Below the pieces are notes generated by a model, which had not been told where the DNA came from, searched no databases, and was given only the letters and a program-made list of their open reading frames with translations. Shown one piece after another: positions 42,471-51,377 of a stretch of 64,000 nucleotides of DNA. Every line of letters begins with the position of its first letter. Position 1 is the first letter of the stretch. Location: the IMG/VR virus record IMGVR_UViG_3300036766_000194, positions 1-64,000 of that record. The stretch is one strand, 5' to 3'. A program made the translations under genes and the position numbers.

Positions 42471-42493
42471 ATCGCCGCCGCGAAGGAGAAGCC

Positions 42494-42886
42494 ATGATGA
42501 CACATGCCGACTACGAAGCGCAACGCGCACTGCTCTATGACGACTACGAGGCGCAATGCGCACCGCTTTATGCCGACCACAAGGCGCAACTCGCACTGCT
42601 CGATGACGACCACTACGAAGCGAAACACGCACTCGATGACGACTACGAGACGCAACTCGCACTGCTCGATGACGACTACAAGGCGCAACGCGCACTCGAT
42701 GACGACTACGAGACGCAACTCGCACTGCTCGATGACGACTACGAAGCGAAACACGCACTGCTCTATGACGACTACAAGGCGCAACGCGCACCGATCGATG
42801 CCGACTACGAAGCGAAACGCGCACTGCTCGATGACGACTACGAGGCGCAACGATCAGTAATCGAAAATCCGTTCAAAGTTTCATGA
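42494..42886 (+). CDS. Acidic 11-aa (33-bp) tandem-repeat protein
   Basis: RBS aaggag. About 11 units of DYEAQRALLDD with point variants and 10/12-aa indel units. Confidence 0.8.
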   Translation: MMTHADYEAQRALLYDDYEAQCAPLYADHKAQLALLDDDHYEAKHALDDDYETQLALLDDDYKAQRALDDDYETQLALLDDDYEAKHALLYDDYKAQRAPIDADYEAKRALLDDDYEAQRSVIENPFKVS

Positions 42887-42924
42887 GTTTTGCTCCAAGC
42901 AGGGCGCACACGAGCCGATATTTG

Positions 42925-43002
42925 TGCGGGGATAGAGCAAAGGTAGCTCGGGAGTCTCATAAACTCCACGATGGCAGGTTTCGATACCGCCCCCCGCTAC
43001 CA
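42925..43002 (+). tRNA. Second fMet-like tRNA(CAT)
   Basis: ggagt-ctcataa-actcc arm, U1:U72 mismatch, irregular T-arm, CCA. Confidence 0.8.
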
Positions 43003-43005
43003 ATT

Positions 43006-43067
43006 TGTAGCGTAGCATGTGATGGGCAGGAACTTCACACCTGACTCTTTTTATGTGGGACGCTACA
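43006..43067 (+). ncRNA. ~62-nt extended hairpin
   Basis: tgtagcgt/acgctaca plus cagg/cctg. Confidence 0.35.
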
Positions 43068-43076
43068 AAACAGTTT

Positions 43077-43252
43077 GTAACGTGGTCCTTGTTGGTGTCC
43101 GTCGGAAAGCTGCCTGGCTTAACGGCCTTGCCTAAGATTTACTAGTAATCCCCGACGAGTAGACGATAAGGAAAGAGCGGCGGCTATGAGACCGTGCAGC
43201 GAATCTGGGGAAGCACAGGGCCAGGGAAATAAATGCTGGCATACCACGTTAC
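43077..43252 (+). ncRNA. 176-nt rod-like RNA, 6S RNA-like architecture
   Basis: Perfect 10-bp closing stem gtaacgtggt/accacgttac, central asymmetric bubble, inner cctggc/gccagg. Confidence 0.5.
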
Positions 43253-43261
43253 TTTAAGTTT

Positions 43262-43338
43262 GGTTCGAGTCGAGATTTCCGGCGCATTGGTTGGTGCGCA
43301 GTTAACCGGATGGGGAACACTGCAGCCCCCGCTCACCA
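43262..43338 (+). ncRNA. 77-nt tRNA-sized RNA ending in ACCA
   Basis: ggt..gag/ctc..acc closure, tccgg/ccgga and gggg/cccc arms, tRNA-type aagtttt trailer. Confidence 0.4.
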
Positions 43339-43358
43339 AAGTTTTTTAGGATAAACTA

Positions 43359-43499
43359 ATGTCCACTCGTTTGACCTGCCCACGTTGTAGCGCAATAGCA
43401 AAAGATACCAGTAAAGAGCGGAAGCGTTTTTTGCTCAGACACTCAGTCTCTGGCCCATGTATTACTCCGGGCAGGAAGATTGTTCTTGAGAGTAATTAA
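43359..43499 (+). CDS. Small CxxC peptide (46 aa)
   Basis: RBS agga. MSTRLTCPRC. Confidence 0.45.
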   Translation: MSTRLTCPRCSAIAKDTSKERKRFLLRHSVSGPCITPGRKIVLESN

Positions 43500-43528
43500 G
43501 GTCTTATATGTCGGCTGAGACCGAACAG

Positions 43529-43534
43529 TATAAT
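43529..43534 (+). promoter_or_regulatory. Consensus -10 box TATAAT
   Basis: 7-8 nt upstream of the structured RNA starting near 43542. Confidence 0.6.
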
Positions 43535-43541
43535 AAGTGGT

Positions 43542-43736
43542 GGAGCTATATCCAACGGGAAACCGTTGAATTTATGGTCCTGCGTAACCGTTCACGCATG
43601 TAGTAGAGAACGGATGGCTGGACTATACCCAGGGAGTTCCCGTACACTCTGAAATGAATGGTACGGGTGGAAGGGTTCCGTTCCCTGGTGATGATTTAGA
43701 GCGGAAGGTGGCGGGTTGCGGCAATAGCCGTGTCTC
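43542..43736 (+). ncRNA. Unassigned ~200-nt pseudoknotted RNA with its own promoter and terminator
   Basis: ggag/ctcc closure, caacgg-GAAA-ccgttg, tgcgt/acgca with loop ccgttc complementary to downstream gaacgg, ccaggga/tccctgg, cccgtac/gtacggg. Confidence 0.6.
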
Positions 43737-43741
43737 CAAGA

Positions 43742-43786
43742 AAGGGAGGAACTTGGTAGGTGTCTAGTTCCTCCCTTTTTCTTTTT
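43742..43786 (+). terminator. Rho-independent terminator
   Basis: aagggaggaact...agttcctcccttttt followed by ctttttt. Confidence 0.88.
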
Positions 43787-43792
43787 AGGATT

Positions 43793-43956
43793 TCTCGGTT
43801 GTGGCGGAAAAGACGATTAATAAATAAAGACGCACCGGACTTAACACTCCGGGATTCTACGAGCTTACTGGTTTATGAGACCATCCGTACCCCGTGAGGG
43901 ATCGGGCGTAGGATTCAAGTCCAGGGTGGAGAATCGGGAATCCCTGGCAATCGAGA
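43793..43956 (+). ncRNA. 164-nt expanded tRNA-Leu(TAA)-like RNA
   Basis: tctcggttg/caatcgaga acceptor, Leu-type D arm gcgg...agacgc with expanded loop, ccgga-cttaacac-tccgg (8-nt loop), branched variable arm, enlarged T-loop, no CCA. Confidence 0.7.
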
Positions 43957-44008
43957 ATAATTTTCAACTATAGACCTTCATACAGTCCAACAAAATTTTG
44001 GAGACTGT

Positions 44009-44296
44009 ATGCATAATAGAGAATGTTGTGGTTGTGAGAATGAAGTTCCTCAGCAGCAATGTAGTTGTAAATGTCATCGTCAATACGATTGTGAATATTG
44101 GGAGACTCTAGCATTTATTTGGATATGTGATGCTCCCGACGAATTCCGTCGTGAAGACGCCTGGCATAGATTTTGTCAAGCCTTCCCTGAATATGGGCAT
44201 GAAACTCATCATGAGTTTTGGAACCGTATTCTCCGCACTAAGTGGTATCATAAACAGGGACATCACCATCATCGAGGACATCAGCACGATTACTAA
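44009..44296 (+). CDS. Cys/His-rich small protein
   Basis: RBS ggag. CCGC...CSCKC and C-terminal GHHHHRGHQH. Confidence 0.65.
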   Translation: MHNRECCGCENEVPQQQCSCKCHRQYDCEYWETLAFIWICDAPDEFRREDAWHRFCQAFPEYGHETHHEFWNRILRTKWYHKQGHHHHRGHQHDY

Positions 44297-44339
44297 TTTC
44301 AACCCCATTACATAAGTTCTGCGCGATAAGAACACGGAG

Positions 44340-45410
44340 GTGGTAGAAATGCCAAGACCCCCTGTTCGCCAGAAGCTCAACCCCGCCGCTCGTTCAGATG
44401 AAACGAGAGAATTTGGGGAGAATTTACGAGCCAAAATAGTTGGACAAGATGAAGGTGTTAAAGCACTTACGGACATCTACCAGGTATTCTGCGCTGGACT
44501 TAACTCACCAAATCGTCCTGTGGGAAATTTCCTATTCCTCGGTCCTACGGGTTCTGGTAAAACACGCATAGTAGAAGCTGCGGCTGAAATACTCTTTGGG
44601 GATCCTCGTGCGGTTATAAAAGTAGACTGCGCGGAATTCCAACACTCTCACGAAATTGCAAAATTAATCGGTTCTCCTCCAGGGTACCTAGGACATAAGG
44701 AGACTCATCCTCTTATCACGCAAGAAGCACTAGCTCAATATCATAAAGATGAGTTAAAATTATCCTTTCTTCTTTTTGATGAAATAGAAAAGGCTAGTGA
44801 CTCCCTGTGGCAATTGTTACTAGGAGTAATGGATAAAGCCACCTTGACTTTAGGAGACAACCGTAGAGTGGATCTTTCTGGTACCATAATATTTCTAACT
44901 TCAAATCTAGGTGGAGGAAGAATCTCTGAACTTATGAATGGTGGCATGGGATTTGTTCAATCGTCTGATACTAACCTGGACAATAAAATAGACTCCGCTG
45001 CTGTAGACGCGGCTAGACGAAATTTTTCTCCTGAGTTTATGAATCGTCTTGATAGAGTGGTCGTATTTCATCCACTAACTCGCATACAACTAGATGATAT
45101 TCTTAGTATTGAATTGGATCATGTACAACAAAGAATATTGGGCACGGCCAAGGGGCAATTCTTGTTACAAGTCACCCGGTCCGCCCGTGATCTTATTTTG
45201 AGAGAAGGTACTGACAGCCGCTTTGGGGCTAGACATTTAAAGAGAGCTATTGAACGTCTCTTAGTTCATTCCATAGCAAACCTCTTGTCCACTGAACAAT
45301 TAAAAGCAGGAGATGTTCTCTGTATAGATTGGGATCGTAAAAGTGATGATTTATTTTTTACACGTGAGGAACATAACGTATTAGTCAATCCAGAACAGCA
45401 TGATTTCTAA
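44340..45410 (+). CDS. ClpA/ClpB-type AAA+ ATPase, D2 domain only
   Basis: IVGQD, FLFLGPTGSGKT, KLIGSPPGYLG, LFDEIEKA, FLTSNLG, PEFMNRLD, GARHLKRAI. Confidence 0.9.
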   Translation: MVEMPRPPVRQKLNPAARSDETREFGENLRAKIVGQDEGVKALTDIYQVFCAGLNSPNRPVGNFLFLGPTGSGKTRIVEAAAEILFGDPRAVIKVDCAEFQHSHEIAKLIGSPPGYLGHKETHPLITQEALAQYHKDELKLSFLLFDEIEKASDSLWQLLLGVMDKATLTLGDNRRVDLSGTIIFLTSNLGGGRISELMNGGMGFVQSSDTNLDNKIDSAAVDAARRNFSPEFMNRLDRVVVFHPLTRIQLDDILSIELDHVQQRILGTAKGQFLLQVTRSARDLILREGTDSRFGARHLKRAIERLLVHSIANLLSTEQLKAGDVLCIDWDRKSDDLFFTREEHNVLVNPEQHDF

Positions 45411-45520
45411 AACAACCCATATCATCCAAGGATGGTGGAGTAGAAAATCGCTAATGTAGGAAATTCTTGGTTATCCTTTCCCCCTTATGTAGGTCAAAAT
45501 GACCAATTTGTGAGGATACC

Positions 45521-46054
45521 ATGAAGAATGAAACTAAGAAGTCTCAAGAAGTAGCAAAAATAAAACTTAACAATGAACAAAAGCACTATGTAGAAGTGCT
45601 TCAACTTGTAGAGGATGATATAAAGAAGAAAACAGCTGCATTAGAACGTGCTGAGGCTCGCATCGCTAAAGCTCGTAAAGAAGTGATAGAGTTAAAAGGT
45701 TCTTTGAATAGCTTGGAACAGATAAAGAAGGGTGCTGAGGCTGTTCTTTCTAGCACCCCCGCCCCCCTACAGTGGGAGAATGTTTTCAAAACTGTGTACG
45801 AACATCACTACCATTATCACTATCCAAACACTCCCGTTTATTACCCCCCCTACATTACTCCCTGGTGGAGTACCATAACTTCGTCAGGGACAGTTAACCT
45901 GAACACGGTTACAACTCTTGTTACTAACACCACACCAACCGTAAATGGTACATTTACCTTGGAAATGCTTCCTACTCTTGTAACAAATTCATCTGTAAAT
46001 CCTAGTGTCTCTTTCAGTACAGGGACTACAATGTATAGTAATGGACCTAAATAA
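45521..46054 (+). CDS. Coiled-coil protein with His/Tyr/Pro and Thr-rich tail
   Basis: RBS gagga. Confidence 0.7.
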   Translation: MKNETKKSQEVAKIKLNNEQKHYVEVLQLVEDDIKKKTAALERAEARIAKARKEVIELKGSLNSLEQIKKGAEAVLSSTPAPLQWENVFKTVYEHHYHYHYPNTPVYYPPYITPWWSTITSSGTVNLNTVTTLVTNTTPTVNGTFTLEMLPTLVTNSSVNPSVSFSTGTTMYSNGPK

Positions 46055-46161
46055 ATAAGTTCTATCACGGGTGGCTCCCTTAATGGTTAAGGCCGACCTT
46101 GAGCATCCTCCGGGCGTCTCGCTTAAACGTTTGGGATACAGGGGGCGAATGTGGTACAGAC

Positions 46162-46209
46162 AAAAATGGCGGGCGTCTGAAAAACAGACCAACCCGCCAT
46201 TTGCGTTTT
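46162..46209. terminator. Bidirectional terminator between convergent units
   Basis: aaatggcggg...cccgccattt 10-bp stem with A/T flanks. Confidence 0.8.
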
Positions 46210-47164
46210 AAGAGACTTGTTCTTTGATCCATCTGTAGGTCGGGATAAGACCATCAGCAAGTAAGGTCTTGGGTTCCCATCCGAGGACTTGGCGGAGGAG
46301 ACTATTGTCACTGTTGCGCCCACGTACCCCTTGGGGCTTGGTAAGATCGTGCTTCTTCGTCAGGCTCTTTCCCGCGATACCACAAACGAGGTCTACCAGG
46401 CCATCTATTGTAACCAATTCATCAGTTCCCAGGTTGAGAGGTTTTTGGTAGTCGGACGCCATCAAGCGCAGAATACCTTCCACGCAGTCGTTAATGTACA
46501 TGTAAGATCGGGTTGCCTGCCCGTCACCCCATATTTCAATCTCTCCACCGTTTTGTGCTAGAGCCACTTTGCGGCAAATTGCCGCAGGAGACTTTTCCTT
46601 GCCACCTTCATAAGTTCCCAGTGGGCCGTAGACGTTATGAAATCGTACTATGCGGATGTTTAGACCATAGTCCTTAGCGTAGTATTCACACATCTGTTCG
46701 GCAAAGAGTTTCTCCCAGCCGTAGCCGGGTTCCGGGAGTGCCGGATAAGCGTCCTCTTCCTTGAGTGGTGTCACGTTAGCATCGCGCTGTTTGTCTTGGT
46801 TATAGACACAGGCCGAAGAGGTGTAGAGATATTTTCCCACCTTGAAATTCTTGGCTTCTTCCAGCATGTTGACGTTAATCAGAATGTTGTTGCGAGCGAT
46901 ATCGGCCAGGTACTGTGTAATGTAGCCGATTCCACCCATGTCCGCTGCGAGATTATAGACCTCGTCAAAAGTCTCGTCATTGAAAGAGTGAACCGCGTTA
47001 GCCGCATGACGTAGATCATAAATCCAAAAATCATCAGCAACAGTCCGCTCAAACTCGGGATACTTGATGTCAATACCCCGGACAAAGTTTCCCTCAGCCT
47101 TGAGCCGTTTGACAAGATGATGTCCAATGAAACCACCTGCTCCAGTTACAAGAACTTTCTTCAT
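46208..47164 (-). CDS. GDP-mannose 3',5'-epimerase-like SDR
   Basis: GAGGFIG, LAADMGGIG, SSACVY, YGWEK, GGKEKSPAA, RSYMYI.DC, GVRGRNSDN. Confidence 0.88.
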   Translation of the reverse strand: MKKVLVTGAGGFIGHHLVKRLKAEGNFVRGIDIKYPEFERTVADDFWIYDLRHAANAVHSFNDETFDEVYNLAADMGGIGYITQYLADIARNNILINVNMLEEAKNFKVGKYLYTSSACVYNQDKQRDANVTPLKEEDAYPALPEPGYGWEKLFAEQMCEYYAKDYGLNIRIVRFHNVYGPLGTYEGGKEKSPAAICRKVALAQNGGEIEIWGDGQATRSYMYINDCVEGILRLMASDYQKPLNLGTDELVTIDGLVDLVCGIAGKSLTKKHDLTKPQGVRGRNSDNSLLRQVLGWEPKTLLADGLIPTYRWIKEQVS

Positions 47165-48489
47165 TTGTCTTCTCCAACACCTAAAGGCCAATACTTAATC
47201 CCATTACACTCTGCAAGATTAGGTAATACACGCCAACAATCAACAACGATGCGGTCGGTTCCCGAACCGTCACGACGTTGCTCGGCAGTACGTGCCCAAG
47301 CGGTTGGTTCAAGAGCAATTACTTCAGGATAGGGAAGCATCACAATGACCAAATCAGTTTCTTCAATACATTGACGCAAATCAGTCATTCTTTTCACACC
47401 TCTTAGTATAGGACTAGAAAACAAGGGATCATAAACATAGAGGTCAACATATTTTTCATGAAGCGCAAGCATCATTTTCCAACCTGCCGATTCTTCAATG
47501 ACTTCGGATCCTATTTTGTAAGTTAATCCTATGATAGCTACTCGACGTCCTAGTGCTCGACTCATCACTCTTTTTACTAGTGAATCAACACGGTGAATAT
47601 TACTATTATGAACTTCTCTAGGAACAGAGACATCAACACCTAAAGATTCTCCCAGAGCCTTTAATGCAACATTGTCTCTCGGGAAACAGGGACCACCGAA
47701 GGCGACGCCACCCTTGAGGTATTTTATCCCGATACGACTATCGGCTCCAATTGCCGCCGCAACCACATCAACGTTGGCTCCCGATAATTTGTCACAAAAA
47801 TCAGCCAGCATGTTCGCATACGCGATTTTTGTAGTCACGAACGTGTTGACGGCAATCTTCGTCAACTCAGCCTCGACGGGCTTCATAAGAGCGATTATGG
47901 GAAAACTGTTAACAAATGTGCCATAGAATGTCTTCAGCGTGTCCCCGACACGGGAGTCGTCTGTTCCAATGAGGAGCAAGTCGGGGTTGTGTAAATCGTG
48001 AATCACGGACCCGAGTGCGATAAATTCCGGATTGTACGCAACACCGAAATCAACACCGTGTTTCTTTCCACTGGCGTGCTCAAGTGCCGCTGTGACCTCT
48101 GCTGTCTGACCAGGCATGACCGTGCTTGTCAAGATGATAGTGTGGTATGTGCTCTTTTGTGAGATGGCCGCACCGATACTTTCGCAAACGGGGAGCACAT
48201 ATTTAAGGGAAAATTTGCCATCTTCTTGTGAAGGCGTGGCGACAATGATGAAGGTCATATCGGTGTTGATAATTGCAGAACCCGTGTCAGTGGTGGCTGA
48301 GAGACGATTGGGTGGTAAAGAGCTTATAAGCTCTTCGAGTCCCGGTTCGCCGACGGGAGCATGACCGGAGTTAACGGTGTCACACTTGCTTGCATCGAGG
48401 TCCACGCCAATCAACATGTGGCCCGCCGCCGCGAAAACTGCACACATTGGAGAACCAAGTTTGCCGAGACCGATTACAGAAATTTTCAT
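47161..48489 (-). CDS. UDP-glucose/GDP-mannose dehydrogenase
   Basis: GLGKLG, IVATP, STVMPG, YNPEFIALG, AELTK.A.N, GGPCFPRD. Confidence 0.92.
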   Translation of the reverse strand: MKISVIGLGKLGSPMCAVFAAAGHMLIGVDLDASKCDTVNSGHAPVGEPGLEELISSLPPNRLSATTDTGSAIINTDMTFIIVATPSQEDGKFSLKYVLPVCESIGAAISQKSTYHTIILTSTVMPGQTAEVTAALEHASGKKHGVDFGVAYNPEFIALGSVIHDLHNPDLLLIGTDDSRVGDTLKTFYGTFVNSFPIIALMKPVEAELTKIAVNTFVTTKIAYANMLADFCDKLSGANVDVVAAAIGADSRIGIKYLKGGVAFGGPCFPRDNVALKALGESLGVDVSVPREVHNSNIHRVDSLVKRVMSRALGRRVAIIGLTYKIGSEVIEESAGWKMMLALHEKYVDLYVYDPLFSSPILRGVKRMTDLRQCIEETDLVIVMLPYPEVIALEPTAWARTAEQRRDGSGTDRIVVDCWRVLPNLAECNGIKYWPLGVGEDK

Positions 48490-49256
48490 ATTGGCTCCGC
48501 TGTAATTAATAGATGCCAACCCAAAAATCGTTCAAGGATATGGAAGAGAACATTAGGCATCCAGCGGTAGTACCAGCATTTCACATATCGATGTTGAATG
48601 TAATCCGAAATCTTCCAAGGGAAAATATGGGTCTTACGAATCTCCGTGACCTTGAATCCCGCCTCATTTAACAGATCCTTAACTTCCTCCTTCGTCCATA
48701 CAGTAGCAATCGGACATCCAGCCTGAGCTTCCGGTTGTTGCATAGTAAGGTTCTTGATGCTCCACTTGGCATACAACATGATTTTAATCGTTGTGCCTTT
48801 GTGACAATATTTTCGCATTTCTTTAAGAACAGCTTCAGGATTAGGTGTGTGGTGAATGACACCAAACGAATAGATCAAATCGTAAGGTTCAACCGGGACG
48901 TACTTGGATAATTCTTCTGCATTGAGTTGGTAGAACGTGATCCAATCTTGAAGACTATAGACTTGCGAACGTTGGATTGAGAGCTTGAGAGATTCGTCGG
49001 ACAGATCAACGGCAGTGACCTTGCAGCCATACCGGGCGAAATTCATCGTATCGGTGCCAATTCCACATCCAACCTCTAAGACTTTGGAATCTTTGTGTTG
49101 AAAGAAATCTGCAAAGCCGGGTATGTGCGGTTCTACAAAATATTTTCGTTGCTCAACTTCATCAAAATATTGCCTGCTGCCAACGGGAGCTGTAGAGTGC
49201 CGTAGATTGCACGGCCTGGCATCCCAAAAATATCTAATAGTTTCAATTGTTGTCAT
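48486..49256 (-). CDS. Class I SAM-dependent methyltransferase
   Basis: VLEVGCGIGTD, DLIYSFGVIHHTP. Confidence 0.9.
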   Translation of the reverse strand: MTTIETIRYFWDARPCNLRHSTAPVGSRQYFDEVEQRKYFVEPHIPGFADFFQHKDSKVLEVGCGIGTDTMNFARYGCKVTAVDLSDESLKLSIQRSQVYSLQDWITFYQLNAEELSKYVPVEPYDLIYSFGVIHHTPNPEAVLKEMRKYCHKGTTIKIMLYAKWSIKNLTMQQPEAQAGCPIATVWTKEEVKDLLNEAGFKVTEIRKTHIFPWKISDYIQHRYVKCWYYRWMPNVLFHILERFLGWHLLITAEPI

Positions 49257-49302
49257 CGCAACCCCTGATATCATTTTGGGTTGCGTAAAGCCTTTTAGAT
49301 GA

Positions 49303-50442
49303 TTAAATATCAGATTGTGTGGGGATAAAGAATTTTCCTTCATAGTTATACTTGAAACGTTCCATGATTTCCTGAGCATAATTCCATGAGAAGATGCAAG
49401 TGTAATCAGGTCGCGCTTCTAACCAATTCTTTGGATATAGAACCTCAGTTCTGGTTCCTGGAATAAATTTTTGAAATTTAGCCGGGGCATCATCTGCAAC
49501 TGCTTCAATCAAAGTGTGATCAATGTTGCAATAATTCATCATGACGGTTGCCTTAGCCGCCGCACCGAAACCCCATACTCGTTTGCCTTTTTCTTTTAAT
49601 TTAAGTAGGGTACTTTTTAGTTTGACGGCGATTTCATCTACTTGTTGTTGAAGTGTTGGCACTCCTTCTAGCCCCCACTCTTCAAACTGACAAGAAGTCC
49701 CGTTCTTGCTTGCTGTAATGCGCAGAGAACCCCCTTGTGATTCTAGATGCTCCACTTCTTGAATGTGAAGTCCATTTCGACCGAATAGGATGGCTAGAGA
49801 TTTGAAAGAAAAATAGAAAACATGCTCATGATAGATGGTGTCAAAATTGCCCTTACTTATTAAATCTCCAAAATAGGGAACTTCCACGATACAAACCCCG
49901 TCGGGCTTCAAAACTTCTGCGATTCCTGCAACAAAGTCATTGGTGCTGGGTACATGAGCTAAGACATTGTTAGCGTGAATCACATCGGCTTTGGGAAGTT
50001 GCTTCGCCAATTTCAGGGAGAAGAAATCTTGTACAGTGGGAATTCCTTTTAGGGCAGCTTCGTTAGCAGGTCCTCGCGCCGGATCTATTCCCAAGACCTG
50101 AATTCCTAACCCGTCATAGAACTGTAGTAAATAGCCGTCATTGCTTGCGATTTCTATCACCAAGGCATCTTCAGAGAGAGTTTTGCTAACCCGTTCTACC
50201 AAAGTTCGTGCCGCATTGACAACAGAATTGGACACTGTAGAATAGTAGAGATACTCCACAAACATCTTTTCAGGTAGCACAACGTCTCGTAATTGTCCTA
50301 GCGAACATGATAAACAATACATTACTTCTAGAGGATAGCACTCAAATGGAGAATCGGCGGTAGTCAGCAATTCGTTGGCAAGAGGCTGTTTCTTCAAGGA
50401 AAGAACTAGTTCAGTTGGCGCTCCACAACTTCTACAATTCAT
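49303..50442 (-). CDS. NDP-hexose C-methyltransferase
   Basis: CRSC/CLSC zinc module, EIASNDG, NNVLAH, YHEH, GAAAK. Confidence 0.9.
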   Translation of the reverse strand: MNCRSCGAPTELVLSLKKQPLANELLTTADSPFECYPLEVMYCLSCSLGQLRDVVLPEKMFVEYLYYSTVSNSVVNAARTLVERVSKTLSEDALVIEIASNDGYLLQFYDGLGIQVLGIDPARGPANEAALKGIPTVQDFFSLKLAKQLPKADVIHANNVLAHVPSTNDFVAGIAEVLKPDGVCIVEVPYFGDLISKGNFDTIYHEHVFYFSFKSLAILFGRNGLHIQEVEHLESQGGSLRITASKNGTSCQFEEWGLEGVPTLQQQVDEIAVKLKSTLLKLKEKGKRVWGFGAAAKATVMMNYCNIDHTLIEAVADDAPAKFQKFIPGTRTEVLYPKNWLEARPDYTCIFSWNYAQEIMERFKYNYEGKFFIPTQSDI

Positions 50443-51377
50443 AGACTTAACCCCTCAAGCATTTTGATGTTATAGTATTTTGGACTATCCCAATCGGAAA
50501 AACTCTCAACATTTGCCACCAATTCCTCCACTATCTGTTCCACCTTTTGTTGAGGATGGAATGACAAAATTGCTTTTGCTTTTGCCGTAGAAATCTTGTA
50601 ATTTCTAAGATCGGGACCCGATTTTGTTTTGACATTAACTTGGAGTATATCCGCAACTATTTTTCCAACTTTTCCCACCGTGTAGTTTTCAGAGGCAATG
50701 TTGAATGCTCCAGAAATAGCAAGATCGGCCTCTGTTGCTTTGATATATGCTTGAGTTGCATCGGAGATGCTTAGAATGGGTCTCCAAACCTCGGGGTTAA
50801 CAACCGTGATAGCCTTATCTTTCAGAGCTGATTTTACCATCGCATTCACAATAAGATCTAAACGCATGCGAGGACTATACCCACACACCGTTCCCATGCG
50901 GAATGCGATTACAGAAAAGATTTCATCTTGTAAGTGCAAAACTCCTTGCTCCCCAAGAAGTTTAGACATTGCGTAGGGGTGAGAACAAGAAGGGGAAAAA
51001 GTCTCTCTACACGATTCGTTTAGGGGAGCTTCATAGACTGAACAAGTGCTGGCATAGATAAATCGTTTAACCCCAGCCCGTTTGGCACAATATGCAAGAT
51101 AACTAGGAGCTGCCGCATTGAAGATGAAATTCTTTGCAGGCAAGATTTCAGCAGTAGGAACACTAGAAACTCCGGCCACAAAGATCACTTGATCGTACTG
51201 TTCTAGATCAGACTCTACTAGTTTGAAAACATCATTTTGGATTAGTTTAACGCTTGTGGGTAGGTAATTTCCAAACCAAAGTAGGTCTATGACATCTACG
51301 TCATATCCATGTTCCAACAAGGCTGGCACAAGCCGTGAACCAAGATATCCCGCTCCACCTGCAACTAGAATCTTCAT
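50439..51377 (-). CDS. NAD-dependent epimerase/dehydratase (SDR)
   Basis: GGAGYLG, ASTCSVY, YAMSK, GYSPRMRLDL..N. Confidence 0.9.
   Translation of the reverse strand: MKILVAGGAGYLGSRLVPALLEHGYDVDVIDLLWFGNYLPTSVKLIQNDVFKLVESDLEQYDQVIFVAGVSSVPTAEILPAKNFIFNAAAPSYLAYCAKRAGVKRFIYASTCSVYEAPLNESCRETFSPSCSHPYAMSKLLGEQGVLHLQDEIFSVIAFRMGTVCGYSPRMRLDLIVNAMVKSALKDKAITVVNPEVWRPILSISDATQAYIKATEADLAISGAFNIASENYTVGKVGKIVADILQVNVKTKSGPDLRNYKISTAKAKAILSFHPQQKVEQIVEELVANVESFSDWDSPKYYNIKMLEGLSL

Noticed and set aside
42278-42860. Repetitive ORFs in other frames (42278-42850, 42405-42824, 42504-42860)
   Set aside because: By-products of the 33-bp repeat. Only the 42494 frame has an RBS.
42494-42886. Diversity-generating retroelement target or template
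   Set aside because: No reverse transcriptase or separate template repeat in the window. Variation is not confined to adenine positions.
46067-46160. tRNA-like sequence after gene 45521
   Set aside because: D-loop-like start, but no consistent acceptor stem, T-loop or CCA.
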